A DNA stretch of 64,000 nucleotides, taken from positions 64,977 through 128,976 of the forward strand of contig JAAOMT010000047.1 in NCBI GenBank assembly GCA_016748015.1, read 5' to 3'. This document shows positions 24,974-38,323 of the stretch, in pieces. Both the position numbers and the translations under genes were made by a program. The DNA is from Geosiphon pyriformis uo1. Its lineage: Eukaryota; Fungi; Glomeromycota. Positions within the stretch are counted from its first letter, which is position 1; each line of letters begins with the position of its first letter. Under the pieces are notes generated by a model that searched no databases, had not been told where the DNA came from, and saw only the letters and a program-made list of their open reading frames with translations.

Positions 24974-25095
24974 AAAAATAGTTTATACTATTAACAAAAA
25001 ATAACAAGCTAATATAATTTTATGCTTTATATTAGTGTTTATTAAGATTTAATACCAGATATCAGTTGTATTTTTTAATAAATATTTATTAAATA
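24974..25095. repeat. Dispersed repeat copy B, on the 5' side of the Gypsy relic
   Basis: Aligns with 11041-11160. Confidence 0.85.
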
Positions 25096-26369
25096 TCAAG
25101 AAAAAATAATAAAAAAATAATAAAAAAATAAATAACTAATTATATGTCAAATTTTTACTATTTATCTTGATTAAGTTCTTAGACTGTTAATTTTTATTAG
25201 AAACTGACAATATAAATATGTTTTAATATAATTTTCTTTTATGTTTTACTCTTTTTAACAAAATAATGTAAAATAGAAATAAAAAATTCATTGACAAGAT
25301 TTAAACTGATTAATTATAATTAGTTTTGTTGCAATTGTTTTTGAAGAACTTATTATATAATTTTTATTTAATAATTTAAATTTTATTATTAGACATAGAT
25401 GTTTTTAATATTATTTAGCAAAATAATTTTAATTTAAAAATAAATTAAAAATTTACTTGCTATTTTTTATAAATTTGATTATGCACAAGTTTTTTCTAAT
25501 ATATATTATTAAAATCTTTAAAAATGCTTTATTTAAGTAAATTATGATATTTAAGCAAAGACAAAAAATTGTGGTTCAAATACAATAATACAAAAATATA
25601 AAACTTTTAAAGTTTTAAAAAAACATAAACTGATATATATTCAGTTATTAAATTTTCAGAAGTTTTAATGTTACAATTATAAAAATTTTGTTTTGGAATT
25701 TCGTCTATTGATTGACCTGTTTTACATTTTTAAAATAGTTGGCATAATTTTTCGAGTTTTCAGGGTAAAATATTATAACTGAACAATTGTGTACTAATCT
25801 CAATCTCAATAGAATATTTTCCAGTAATCCAGTCTTGTCTTGTTCTTCCTTTTGTAAGTTCAGAATTATTATAATCCCAATAAATTTTTTTAATTATTAG
25901 AACAATCTCATATTTAAACATGGTATTAAATATCCAGGAGACAGGAAAAATAAAATGATCAGAGTATGATAATTATACCGTTTAAACACATTTTTGTTTA
26001 CATCGAAAGCTAGTCACAAGAAGGTTGCTAAATCAAAAATTTTTGCCGACATTTAATTAAGAAATGGTTGCAATAATTTTAATATAGTATTGGTGTCAAG
26101 ATCTTTTAAAATAGATCAATGCATAGGTAAATTCTTACAGAAAATTTATTGATTTTTTGAGTATCTAGTTTTTATTTGCTAATTTAATAAAAGAAGTATA
26201 AACTAGTTATCCACAAGGGACATTAATTTTAATAATTTATATCCGGTTGCTTGACTAAAAGTTTTTCATATATTTCTCTATTAAACATTGATAATCAGTT
26301 CTGAAATTGAAAAAATTCATACTCTTATTCCAAATATTCTAGTTATCCCATTAATTCTATCAACTTTTT

Positions 26370-27742
26370 TTACAAACACTTTTTGAATATAGTTCCAAAA
26401 TATGGCCCTAAATGAGGATCAGGGTACCCTGCTGATGAGTAACCTTTAGTACCAAGGTTACATTGCTAAAATAAAGTTTATTAATATTTAATATTATTCT
26501 GAACTAAATCTTAATTATAGAAATTAATTTTTCGTACCGCATTTTCATCACCATCTTTCATATTGTAACATTGATAAGGCACCAAAACTTTTCCCATCTC
26601 ATCTTGTTCCGTTGTTTGCATACAATCACAGTCGTTCTCTGGGTGTGATAACCATATTTCCATTTCAGTATGCACAAAACTTGGTCTTTGCATAAATTCG
26701 CGGGGCACCCAATCATTTGTATGAGTCACTCTCCAAACCCCACTTCGCCTGATTTGGAGAGACATTTTAGCATAATTGGCAAATGAGGGTGCCGCGAAAC
26801 GTGGTGCGCCAAATGTGATAACATTAATTTTATAGCGAAATCTAGGGTATTCGACTAACAAGTCACTTTTTTGAAAGTATGCTGCTGCTATTGTTGCGTA
26901 TACTATAAATAAAAAAAGTTAGAAAATTTGAATTCTTTAAACATTTAAATGCAAATTAAAACTCTAAAAATAAAGAATTTGAATTGAATTGAATTGAATT
27001 GAATTGAATTGAATTTTTTACACACACACCACCCCCTATTCCATGTCCAGTAAACCAAATATTCGTGAAATCAAAGCGATCAAAAAAAGTTTTGAGCTTT
27101 TTATACAAATAAGGTAACATCTTTTTTACATGTCCGTTCCATTCAAGGTCAACAAATGAACTGTGTAATTCAGTTTTTTCGAATTTTATTTGACGCTCAT
27201 TCCACTTTGATTTATCAAATGTATTGCCTTTGAAATAAGCAATCAGAATTTCCTGTCCATTTGGTTGAATTATGTCAGCTTTTAAAAAAAAAATTTAGGT
27301 CGAATTAAAAATTTTGAATTTTCAAATCAATAATTTTCCCAAACTTTGATTCATTTTAAGAACTTTGCTTACCAACAATACCGTATCTTGCAACCACACC
27401 TCCCACATCATTTTTAGACAAATCGCAGTATCCAAGGTTTGAATAATGTGCTAAAAGTTGAAAAAGTTTTAATAAAGATTTATTTCTTACAAAAGGTTGT
27501 TTGACTCCATAATAATTTCCACCGGCTCGTTTTGTAAAAAGAATTTTCGGCCTCTTTATAATATTGAAATTTTGACTTTGATTTGAATAAAGGATATTTA
27601 AAGAAGTTATTCGATCGGATTTTAATATCAAAGGATTGATTGAAAAGGTCGAAACAATAATCTCTTTTAAGGAGGTGAGAAGAATTGAAGTTTTAAAAAT
27701 AATGAAAGTAAAAACAAGAGCTGCTTTGTTGATTTTCATCAT
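26370..27742 (-). CDS. Class-3 lipase-like protein, nucleophile Ser->Gly (paralog L2, ~359 aa)
   Basis: Exons 27742-27373, 27278-27030, 26902-26538 and 26465-26370. Motifs: YSNLGYC, AYFKGN, WFTGHGIGG, TFGAPRFA, TNDWVP, EIWL, DCDC, HLGPYFGTIFKKCL*. Confidence 0.88.
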
Positions 27743-30700
27743 GTTAAGGAGATTCTAAAAAAAAATTCGATCAAATCTTTAATACGCTTCTTGTTAATTT
27801 TAAGTTTCTGATTTCTTTTTCACAGTAAACCATCTTTTTTAATATTCGCTAAAACTTTTATTTTTAACAAGAAACGTAAAATCAAAGATAGGAAATAATT
27901 GATTTCAACAAGACGCTATCAAGGTTTTCAAATTAATCCGAAAAACTAGATATGTCATTAATGGATAAACTATTGATGCAGAAAAAAATTTAATGTATGT
28001 ATGAAGATCCCCAATTGTTTTTAGCCTGAAAAGTTTTACATCTTTCCCTTTTTGCAGGTTAATAATATTTTTATTTTTTGCTTCTTTGAAGTCATTTTTT
28101 TTTTTTTCATTTAAAATTTATCACTATTTTCAAGGATTAAGTTTTGAATGGTCGAATGATAATTTTTTATTTTGAATAATTTTTTAATCTAGAGAAAAAA
28201 GAAAAAGTTCAAGGTATCAGTAAATCAAAATTGGGGATCAAAGTAATAAATCAGTAAAATAAATAAACCTTTTTGATTTTTCGATCAAATTCCACTGCTT
28301 TTTTGATGTACCCTTCATACTCTACACTCTCTTGTCTACTTTTTTTAGCTTTTCCTTTTTTTATAAATTATATGAAGTCGTTTCATATTTTTCATTTTCC
28401 AGTGTTGGCAAGTTGACATAATCAAAGATAGACAATTATTAAAAACTTTGCGTATAGATGAATTCAAAGGAAATATTTGATCCTATTAGTGAAAAAAGTT
28501 TTTCTATACATCATTTGGAATTCAATATTTAGCTCTTTCAAATACTAATCTATTAATAACACAAAATAAGCAATGAAAAATGTATATAAATATTGGAAAC
28601 TGGAAAATTTCAAGGTTAACCCCCTAAAATATTTCATGTGAACAAATAATAAATTTTTTCATTGCAGCAGCATCCATCAATTTTTATTTATTTATTTATT
28701 TATTGAAACTCACTTGACTATAATTGTTTACAAATAGTCCCCGTTTCCCATACTTGAACAATGATCGTTAAAAACGCTGCGATTGGATCAATTGATAAAT
28801 ATTTAAAAAAAATCATATGACATGTGTTTGGGTAATATAATTTTTTGTCTAAAAGTTCTTCATATGAATCCAGCAATCAAGAAAATTCTTTTAATTTTAT
28901 TTAATTTTTTTTTCAAAGAAATAAATATCTAACGTTGATAATACAATTGAGATTAATTTGCTTAAATTAAAATTTCTATTCATAGCTTAGGAGGGGGGTA
29001 GAGATAACTAATTTTGGTATAGAATATTAAAGTTTTGGTTTCATGGTATGCAGTTATTATAATATTGAAAAGACATTTTTCTTTGCAATTCAACAAAACT
29101 ATAGAAATTGCAAAAAATGGAATGAAACTTTTTAGATATTATTATAAAATTATATTAGCAAAAATTGAACATGATTTTTTAAAATTTTTAATTTACTCCT
29201 TGAGGATATTATTTGAGAAAAAGAATTTTTTAACATTTTTTTTTTATAAAAATTAAACATGATCAAATAATTTTTTTCAGAATATAAAGTTTCAAAATTT
29301 TGTTTGATATATAACTTTTTTAAATTTTAATAAAAGGAACTTGGTCTAGTAAAGCCAAAACTATTACATAAGAAATTAATTTTAAAAACATTTCTTTTAT
29401 ACATAAATACAAATTAAAAATGATGTAAAGAATTTTGTAAAAATAAAAAATAAATTTATTTGAAAACATTTTCAAAAATAATAATATAATAATAATAATA
29501 ATAATAATAAGGTTAAAAATAAATGACGAAATTTAGAAAAATTATTATTATTCTAATATACACCTTGGGATAAAAAATGGAAATTAATATTTTCATTCAA
29601 TAAATAAGAAATTTTTGATCATCAAAAAATAATAAATTTAGAGCTTTTCCAGATTCAATGTAAAAGAAAAATTTTTTTTTTTTTGCTAATCTTACTTTAT
29701 CCACTTGAATTATTTCTCAATCAAAAATTTGGCTTGGTGTGTTTAAAAAAAGCCAAAGTTCTGGCTGCCTTTGATAAAAAAAATTTTCTATCACAAACTT
29801 TTCTCATTAGTTCAATGAAAATTAAAATATAAAAAAACAAAATTAATAATTTTGAATTAAAAAATAATCATATATAAAATGGAAACTCTTCTATTCAAAA
29901 TCTGAAAGGAATACAGCAGCTTTCGGAAACGTCAAATTAATTTCGGTTTGATTGATGTCACAATATGACACTTAATTTAGAATTCAGTTAACAGAGTTTT
30001 AATCTTTATTTGAAAATATTACAATCTTCTTATTTAAATTGAGAAAATTTTCTGTTTTTATTATGATTTTATTCACATCCAATCGTACAAGATTAAACTT
30101 TTTTGGTGTTTTTTTAACACGAATCTTACCAAATATTCATCATCTCTTTTTCAAAGTAAGTAATATCTAATACACTTTAAGCAAACTTTTGAATGATAAT
30201 CAAAATAAAACAAAAATTATTACACTCTTTATTTTTAAGCGGAATAATGATCAGCCTATTAAACAAAACTTTTTTTTTCCTTTCAACTAATCCCGTAATT
30301 CTAATGTCATTAACAAAAAACAAATAGTAATAGAGTCAAAAACTTTTGTCTTTAGAAATTTGTAACTTTTAATGATATATATTGAATAGAGATGACAAAC
30401 AACAATTCCTTGTGATTAAGGGACTTTTGTTTTGCTGACAAATAACGATAAAATTTTTTCCAAAGAATCTGCCATGTGAAACTTAAGGTATAATAATTAT
30501 TAGGAAAACTTTTTCAGTTTCATAGCAATCTTTAAATAATTAGGGAAGCAATAAAAAAAAATTAAAGACTTTTGTTAATAAACAAATTAGAAAAATATTA
30601 TTATTTTCGTTTTTATTGGTTATTTATTATATGCATCAAGTTTTTTAATCTTTAAAATGATGATTAAAATCAATTTTAAATCAATTTCAAATCAAATCAA

Positions 30701-31526
30701 ATCAAATCAAATCAAATCAATTATAATTTATACCTGAAAAAATTTCAGCATGTGGTTTATTTTAATAAATAATGATGAAATATAAAACCAAATTGGTAAA
30801 CATATCAAATTTGCATATATTATTTTAAAAAAAGGTTAGTAAAAAGTGATTTTAAAAATGTCTCGGCTATTTAAGTGTGTATTGTCATGGTTTTCAATTA
30901 TTTTTGAAACAAGATGATCTTTGTCAAAAGAAACCTGCTGTTTGAAAATCTTCAATGTATAACAAAAAAAAGCATTCATGCAAGATATTTTTAAGTTCGT
31001 TCATAGTAAACAAATTAGCTAGGTCTCGTGCATTCATTGTTCTCAAAAGTAATTCCTATAATAATTTCATTTTTTTTTGTTGTTGTTAATTGGATTCTAA
31101 CTTGATGGTAATATATAAAATAAATAATACTTAACAATCAAAGTCAAAACAATATCAATGACAAAATGGAAACAAAAAAAAAATTAAATATATATTATTA
31201 CCTAAAAAACACCAGTGGTCCATATTTGGAATTAAAAATTAATATTGAAAATTTTTTCTTGCATGTAATTTTTTTGATTGTTATCAAGAGAATCAAAGAT
31301 TTTTGTTTTTCGAGGTTGATGTTAGATATCAAAGAAAAAATGGCATCCAATTTTGTCGAACTAACCCACAATAATTTTCCCGCTTTGTATTAATTTTATT
31401 TTTGTGATCAAGACTTTGGTTACATAATTCTTTTTATAATAGCTGATAAAAAACCGAATGCCTTGTGAGAATGATCTTCAAGGTAAAAAAAAAATCACTA
31501 TAATTTTACAAAGAATTGGGATGATG

Positions 31527-31528
<2 letters not shown>

Positions 31529-31600
<72 letters not shown>

Positions 31601-31605
31601 TTGTG
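31529..31605. repeat. (GT)n microsatellite
   Basis: Visible GT run with a few interruptions. Confidence 0.95.
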
Positions 31606-33036
31606 TTAAAAAAAGTGCATGTGATTTTTACTAAAGTTACATGTATTCGATTGGTGAAACAAGAGTCACTTTGAAATTATCCACTTTTCTCCTAATTTAA
31701 GTAAAAGTGCTTAATGCATCATTGACCAAGCATAAGGCAGGTTTTTTTTTTTTCAAATGTTTCAAGAAATTCTATACTTTATACTTCACAGACAAAAGAA
31801 CTTTAGTAAAAGGAATTTTAAAACAAGAAACTCAAAAAACTTGTGTGCTCTTACACTGTTTTAGAAATGAGACTTTATTATTCATCCGATTTAAACCATG
31901 AATACAATAAGTTACATAATGGAAAACTCATTATCAGGATTTGTATATGAATCTAGATCTTTTTTCGTGCTGGTGATGGTGGTGGTGGTGGTGGTGGTGG
32001 TGGTTTTAAGAGAAAATATATTGGAAAATTCATTAAATTTAATTTCTAAAAAAGATTCCCAATAGAATAATATATACTGTTCTCTCTTAAAATTCAAGTT
32101 AGAATTCTGAAAAAAAAAATTTTTTTAGATATTTAGAAAACTCATCCTTTAAATTATTCCCATTTCCAAATTTAGAGTTTTACAATTTGTCCTTTTTTAT
32201 TTCTCAATAATATTTTTATATTAAAAAAGTCCAGTAATCATTTATTTTTAGAGATTAAAACTACAGATTGTATTACATGCTGCATTCCTTTATAAGAAAA
32301 AAAAATGTTTCATTTGTCTTCTCTTCGATTCTTCTAAATTCTATTTGGTGGTGGTGGTGGTGGTGATGAATTCTTAATGAGCTACCATGTTTAAGTATAA
32401 ATTTTTTTAGAATATATATCTCGAATGCTACTTAAGTTGAAAATTTAAACTCATATCTATCTATCTATCTATCTATATATCTATCCATTTATCTATCTAA
32501 TAATAATTGTTCAAAAATTTTTAACTTTTTAACTAGATACTTGATTTAAACTTGCTTAAATACGTGGTGCATTTCTTTTATTCTAAATCAGGGAAAAATG
32601 AAAAATCAACCGTTTAAAATGGTAAAAGAAAAACTAAAACGTAATATTTCATCATGGCCAAAATAAAAGAGAATTGATCTACGTTTACTTAATATGAGAA
32701 GGGATAGCACACCAAATCCGCTTTTGAAACGTTGTGATACCTATAATTGGGTTAAAATATTCTTATCCAAGTTCAACACTGGCTGTCGTGATATGAATAA
32801 AGATTTCACAAAAAAAGTAAAGAACAATGAATTATTGACTGAGAGAATACTTGTATAAACAAAACCGATTTTAGATGATATGCAAAGTGCTCATTGAATA
32901 AATATTTCATGACATTTTGTACTAGTTTTTCTATGGAATTGCGCCACCTTGTGATTCATTATTTGAGCAACAAAGTTACAACGATTTGTTTGCCAAAGAA
33001 TTTTACCTGAGATTCAGACACAAGATCATCATTATC

Positions 33037-33037
<1 letters not shown>

Positions 33038-33078
<41 letters not shown>

Positions 33079-33090
33079 ATGATGATGATG
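33038..33090. repeat. (GAT)n microsatellite
   Basis: Visible run; a (CAG)n run follows at 33175-33200. Confidence 0.95.
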
Positions 33091-33688
33091 GGGAAAAAAG
33101 TTTTACCAAAAAAAGTTGAGTCAATGGCTAGAACAATAACAATGGTCAAAAAAAGTTAACATAATGAATTCTTTCAGCAGCAGCAGCAGCAGCAGCAGCA
33201 ACGTAAGACACCAATGAACTTATTGTTGCATTAGAACTTGATCTTTTTTACTGAAAAGTTGTTAAGTGATTAATTTATTGTTCTACCAATTCTGCAAAAT
33301 TTTCTTCTTCCCCAAAGTATGAATGCATGTATACATTTCCCGACATAAAATGTCAAATATATTCACGCTTTTAATTTACACGATTTAAAAGACGAAAGCT
33401 GTTTGATACTTTTGGAATGGTATCATAATTAGTAGATAAGAGAGATTTTCATTTATTGGGAAATTTCTTTAACGATTTTCATGAAATTTTACCTTTGAAT
33501 TTTAATACGGTGTTGTGTGTGTATGTGTGTATGTGTGTGTACGAGGTGTAGATTTAATATTGAGATGCTTTAATTCGTCGATCATATTGGGATTCTGAAA
33601 GGTTGTCGTGGATATTCTTTTGGAAATATATAAATCAATATCATCATGTTGGGGATTTCTGTAAAGTTTTTCGGACATTCTTTTGGGA

Positions 33689-33727
<39 letters not shown>

Positions 33728-34326
33728 TGGCTAAGAAAGGAAAACAAAGTACGGCGACTGTGTAACAAAACAAAAAAATGCTTATCTCATGAATAAAACT
33801 TAAAATAATTAATATTGTTAAAATTTTTTCAAAGTTATCTTGATTTTAACTTGTTTTTTTTTTTCTAGAGAAACAAGAATTATGAATTATAAAGTTTTTA
33901 TGTTTTAGAATAATGTTTTTGTTGCTGCTGCTGCTGCTACTGCTACTGCTGCTTTCAAAGAAATATTTTCATTCATAAAAAAATGAGTGAATCACAAAAC
34001 AGGTTTATAAAATAATTTATTTTGTCTCTTTTAAATTCCGATTATAAAATTTATTTATTATTCATTTTATTCGACAGAATTTTTTTTGTCATTAATAAAA
34101 TAAATTGTTTCAAGAAATTTCTCAAGAAAATTTGAAAAATCATTTCTAATCAAATCAAATCAAATCAAAATGAAATTTAATTAATTATTACCTTTAAAAT
34201 ACACAAGAAACTATTAATAAACAAGTTGCATATTACAAAAAATAAAGTCACGTTAATATTTAAAATAATAATTAAATATATTATCATTAATTATTAAAAA
34301 AATTGAAAATGGAAATCATTTTCATT

Positions 34327-34400
<74 letters not shown>

Positions 34401-34466
34401 TTATTATTACTACTACTACTACTATTATTATTACTACTACTACTACTACTATTACTACTACTACTA
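34327..34466. repeat. (TAC/TAT)n microsatellite
   Basis: Visible run; it produces the spurious poly-V ORF on the minus strand. Confidence 0.95.
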
Positions 34467-34919
34467 AATTTCTAAAATTTGTGACCAATCTTTTTAATAA
34501 TAGTACAGAAAAAAGCATGGTACGAAAATTTAATATAAATTATAATTTTATTCAAAATTAAGATTACTTTACAGTAATTTTTTAATTAGATGCATGATGC
34601 ACAATTAGTATATATTTACTTAAAAATTCATCATAGTTTGAATACAAAAAAATTTGAAAAATTTTTCAAAGATTGAAAAATCTTAAAAAAGAAATTCCTT
34701 AATTGGTAATAATTTTAAAGAGAAATTTTGTTTTAGATTCTGGTGATCAATTCAGTTTAATTGAATAAATTCTTTATTAATAAAAAAAAAACATTTAATT
34801 TTTCGTATTTTTGGATATTCATTCTTGAAAAATTCCATTGTGAGTATTAAATTGATCACAAATTTGAATCCCAGGAACAAACATTCTTTGTGAAAATTTT
34901 ATTGTTTGAATATATTCAT

Positions 34920-34983
34920 ATACTACTACTACTACAAATACTACTACTACTACTACTACTACAAATACTACAAATACTACAAA

Positions 34984-35016
<33 letters not shown>

Positions 35017-35049
35017 AAATACTACTAATACTACCACTAATACTACTAC
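34920..35049. repeat. Compound (TAC)n / TACTACAAA microsatellite
   Basis: Visible run with 9-bp higher-order units. Confidence 0.95.
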
Positions 35050-36694
35050 CCTCCACGCTTTTATAAATTTTTAAATTTAATTTCCGAAAAACGGTAATTC
35101 AATGAAGGAATAAATGAATCAATCAATCAATCAATCAATCAATTAAATATTAAAACTTTTTTCCCCAAATACCTTTCTAATTCAGTTTCCCGGAAAAAAG
35201 AAATTTTATGAAATTCAATACCAGAATAAAGAATTAAGAATAAAGAATATATGTATTAGATAACAAATAAATAAAAATATTTTATTTCAAATTACACTTG
35301 ATAAAAATCAAAAGTAAAACGTGATCAAAAACTTATCTTTTTTGAAAAATGTGATCAATATTTCAAGTGTGGCACAGGCGATCGGATTAACTTCTAAAAC
35401 GGGTATTACGATTTCGATGCTTGTGATCATTTTTAATATCTAGTAATTAATATCTAGCAATTAAATATCTAGCAAGTAATTTTTGAAACTTCACATCATG
35501 GTAGGGGCTGAGTAACCGCGATCTTTTAACAATAGAAATGCTGACAGTAACCAGCCCGACAACCTTTGAATCCAGACGGATTTCGGCTTAACGCGGAACT
35601 GTTGTCGCTTTTTGATATTACTTTGTAAAATTTTGATTATAGTGCGCTTTTCGGAATTCTGAAATTCCCCTGGATAAAATCTAGAATCATGACTATCGTG
35701 ATGGCTCATGGCGGATCGAATGATTCTGAAACAACAATCTGTTAAAAACTCTTTGGAGATATTTGTCATGATTCCGTGAAATATGTGCGGAAAAAATTTA
35801 TCCTCTCATCAATATAGGTTTGTTAAATATTTGAAATGCATTAATTTTTATGTTTCAGCAGTTTTAAAATATTGCATTCGGATGGATAATTTAATAATCG
35901 TAATGTAAGAATAAAAATTAATTCATCATGCCTTGGCATAGAACCAATAATCCTCAGAGCTGGTTGGTTGGTTGATTGGTTGGTTGCTAAAAAAGTTGAC
36001 CGCTAAAAAAGTTGACCACCAAAAAAGCTTTGTTTAATATTAGTAAATCTATGGACTATTTATTTTGGAAATCAAATGTATAAATCACATGATAATACTT
36101 TTCATAGTTTCGATTACTATTATAAAAATATCATTATTATTATTATTATTATTATTAGCATCATTGATTTCTAGTAATCTCATGAATCATGACTTTAAAT
36201 TTTTAAAGTTCAATTTCTTTGATATTATACAGTTTCAACTTCATATGGATATCATGCTATCCGAAACATAAAATTTTATTATAATAATTAATTTGAGAAT
36301 CCCATATATCGTCAAAATAAAACTAGAATTTCAACTATCTAGATGCCTATTACAGAAACAACAAATAAATAAGATGCTAAACATGTTTGGCAAAGATTAC
36401 TCGAAACTCCTAGGTTAGGCGCGGGAATTTCTCATCTATCTTGATCAAAAAAAAAGTTTTTTTGAATTTTTATTATTAGGTTCCTTATCAAATTTTTTAT
36501 GAATGAATATTCTCCTAATGATCTTTAATTGTCATATCAGCAGCCTAAACATTCAAATATCCAATCTACTTTTTAGCTTACCGTTTAGGATGAAGAGGAG
36601 TAAACAAATCTTTTTGGTAAAATATTTATTACCTTTTTTTATACAAGGTTTAGCATTTACTATATTTGGAAATGAGAAATGAATCTGTTATCAT

Positions 36695-36699
36695 ATTAC

Positions 36700-36760
<61 letters not shown>
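36695..36760. repeat. (TTA)n microsatellite
   Basis: Visible run; it produces the spurious poly-L ORF. Confidence 0.95.
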
Positions 36761-36763
<3 letters not shown>

Positions 36764-37026
36764 CAATACCTCGAAACTCCATTTATATCAAAAATTAAAC
36801 GAAAGAAATAGTAGAAATTCATTTGGCATATTAATTCGTACAATGGAAACACCAAAGTTTAGCTCAAAGCTCAATGAAAGTTGAATTAATTCTGTTAAGA
36901 AAATACGGTTTTCTTTTATTCATTTAAAAAGCCCAAAACATATTCTCAATGTAAAATATATCATCATATATATGCATTATTGTGAAGTAATAAACTAATT
37001 GGAAAATAATAAACTAAAAAAAAAAC

Positions 37027-37027
37027 C

Positions 37028-37079
<52 letters not shown>

Positions 37080-37088
37080 GCAACAACA
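37027..37088. repeat. (CAA)n microsatellite
   Basis: Visible run; it produces the spurious poly-T ORF. Confidence 0.95.
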
Positions 37089-38283
37089 CTTTCATATTCA
37101 ATTTTAGTGGTTCTAACTATGAATTTATTAGTGACTTCATTTGTGCATCAAAAAAAAAATTCGTATTTCCAAAAAAATCAAGTCGATATATGTAATGCAG
37201 AAAACTTGTAAACTTGTGCTTTTTCTCATTGGCTTATGCTGAATCGTTCCATTTTTCTATTTGAAACTTGAAATTTAAGAATCAGCCTTTAAATTCGGTT
37301 TCTTGTCAATGATGATATCAATTTTTATCATTTCAAGAATATTTTCGGACCAGTTGATAAGGGCTGAAACCTTTTTTTTTTTTTTCTTTTTTTTTCAGAT
37401 CTTTCCCAAAATTATTCCACCCACCTTAACTATACGTCAGATCTTCCATTAAACTAAATTAAAATTTTATCTGTCCAGACCATTATGTGTCCATCTTACA
37501 AAAATCATTGGCAGCACCCTTGTACATCATCGGTAGATTTAAAACTAGCCGAAATTAGATAGAATCTCAAGATGCATTTTAATGAGAAAATCCTTCTTTT
37601 CGGAGTAATCTGCTACCTTTCATTCAACGTAATAATAATAATAATAATAATAATAATTTTTTTTTTTGTGTGGTTTCATCTTTATTTCTAAATCAATCGT
37701 GTGATCTGATTCCCATAGATTAGTATTAAAACTAATCAAATCCGATTCTATCGCGTGTACGGAAAAGCTTTGAAGTAGATTGAATGCAAGCATGTATTAA
37801 ATTAGGGTTTGACCAAGAACACAACCACCATCACCCCAACCACCACCACTCACTCACTCACTCACTCACTCACTAATTTACAACTACATTAAAATGTATG
37901 ATATGATACCCAATAATTTTTATTAAACACAACCTTAATAAAAAGACTAATAGTTAACAGGAGATTTTTTTTATTCAAATAAATCATCCATATCTATTTA
38001 ATCGTCATTTTTAAAGTACACACACTAAAAAAGAAAAGAGTCCCACTGTTTTCTCTGTGCTACCAAGCAAAAAGAGAAGGATATTTAAATCCAGCTTTTT
38101 TTGGGAGCAATTTTTTGCTTTGAATTTTTTCACCATCTTTTCGTACAGCTTTGAAGATAAACAGTTATAATCTGTTCTTCTACTCCAATTTTTTTTGACA
38201 TATATATAATCATTTTGTCTCTTTTACAATACTACCCATCCATCAATAATTTACTACCAGCATTACATTTATCTTTTTATTAT

Positions 38284-38323
38284 CACCACCACCACCACCA
38301 CCACCACCACCACCACTACCACC
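38284..38323. repeat. (CAC)n microsatellite abutting the RhoGEF start codon
   Basis: caccac...cactaccacc lies immediately before the ATG at 38324. Confidence 0.95.
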
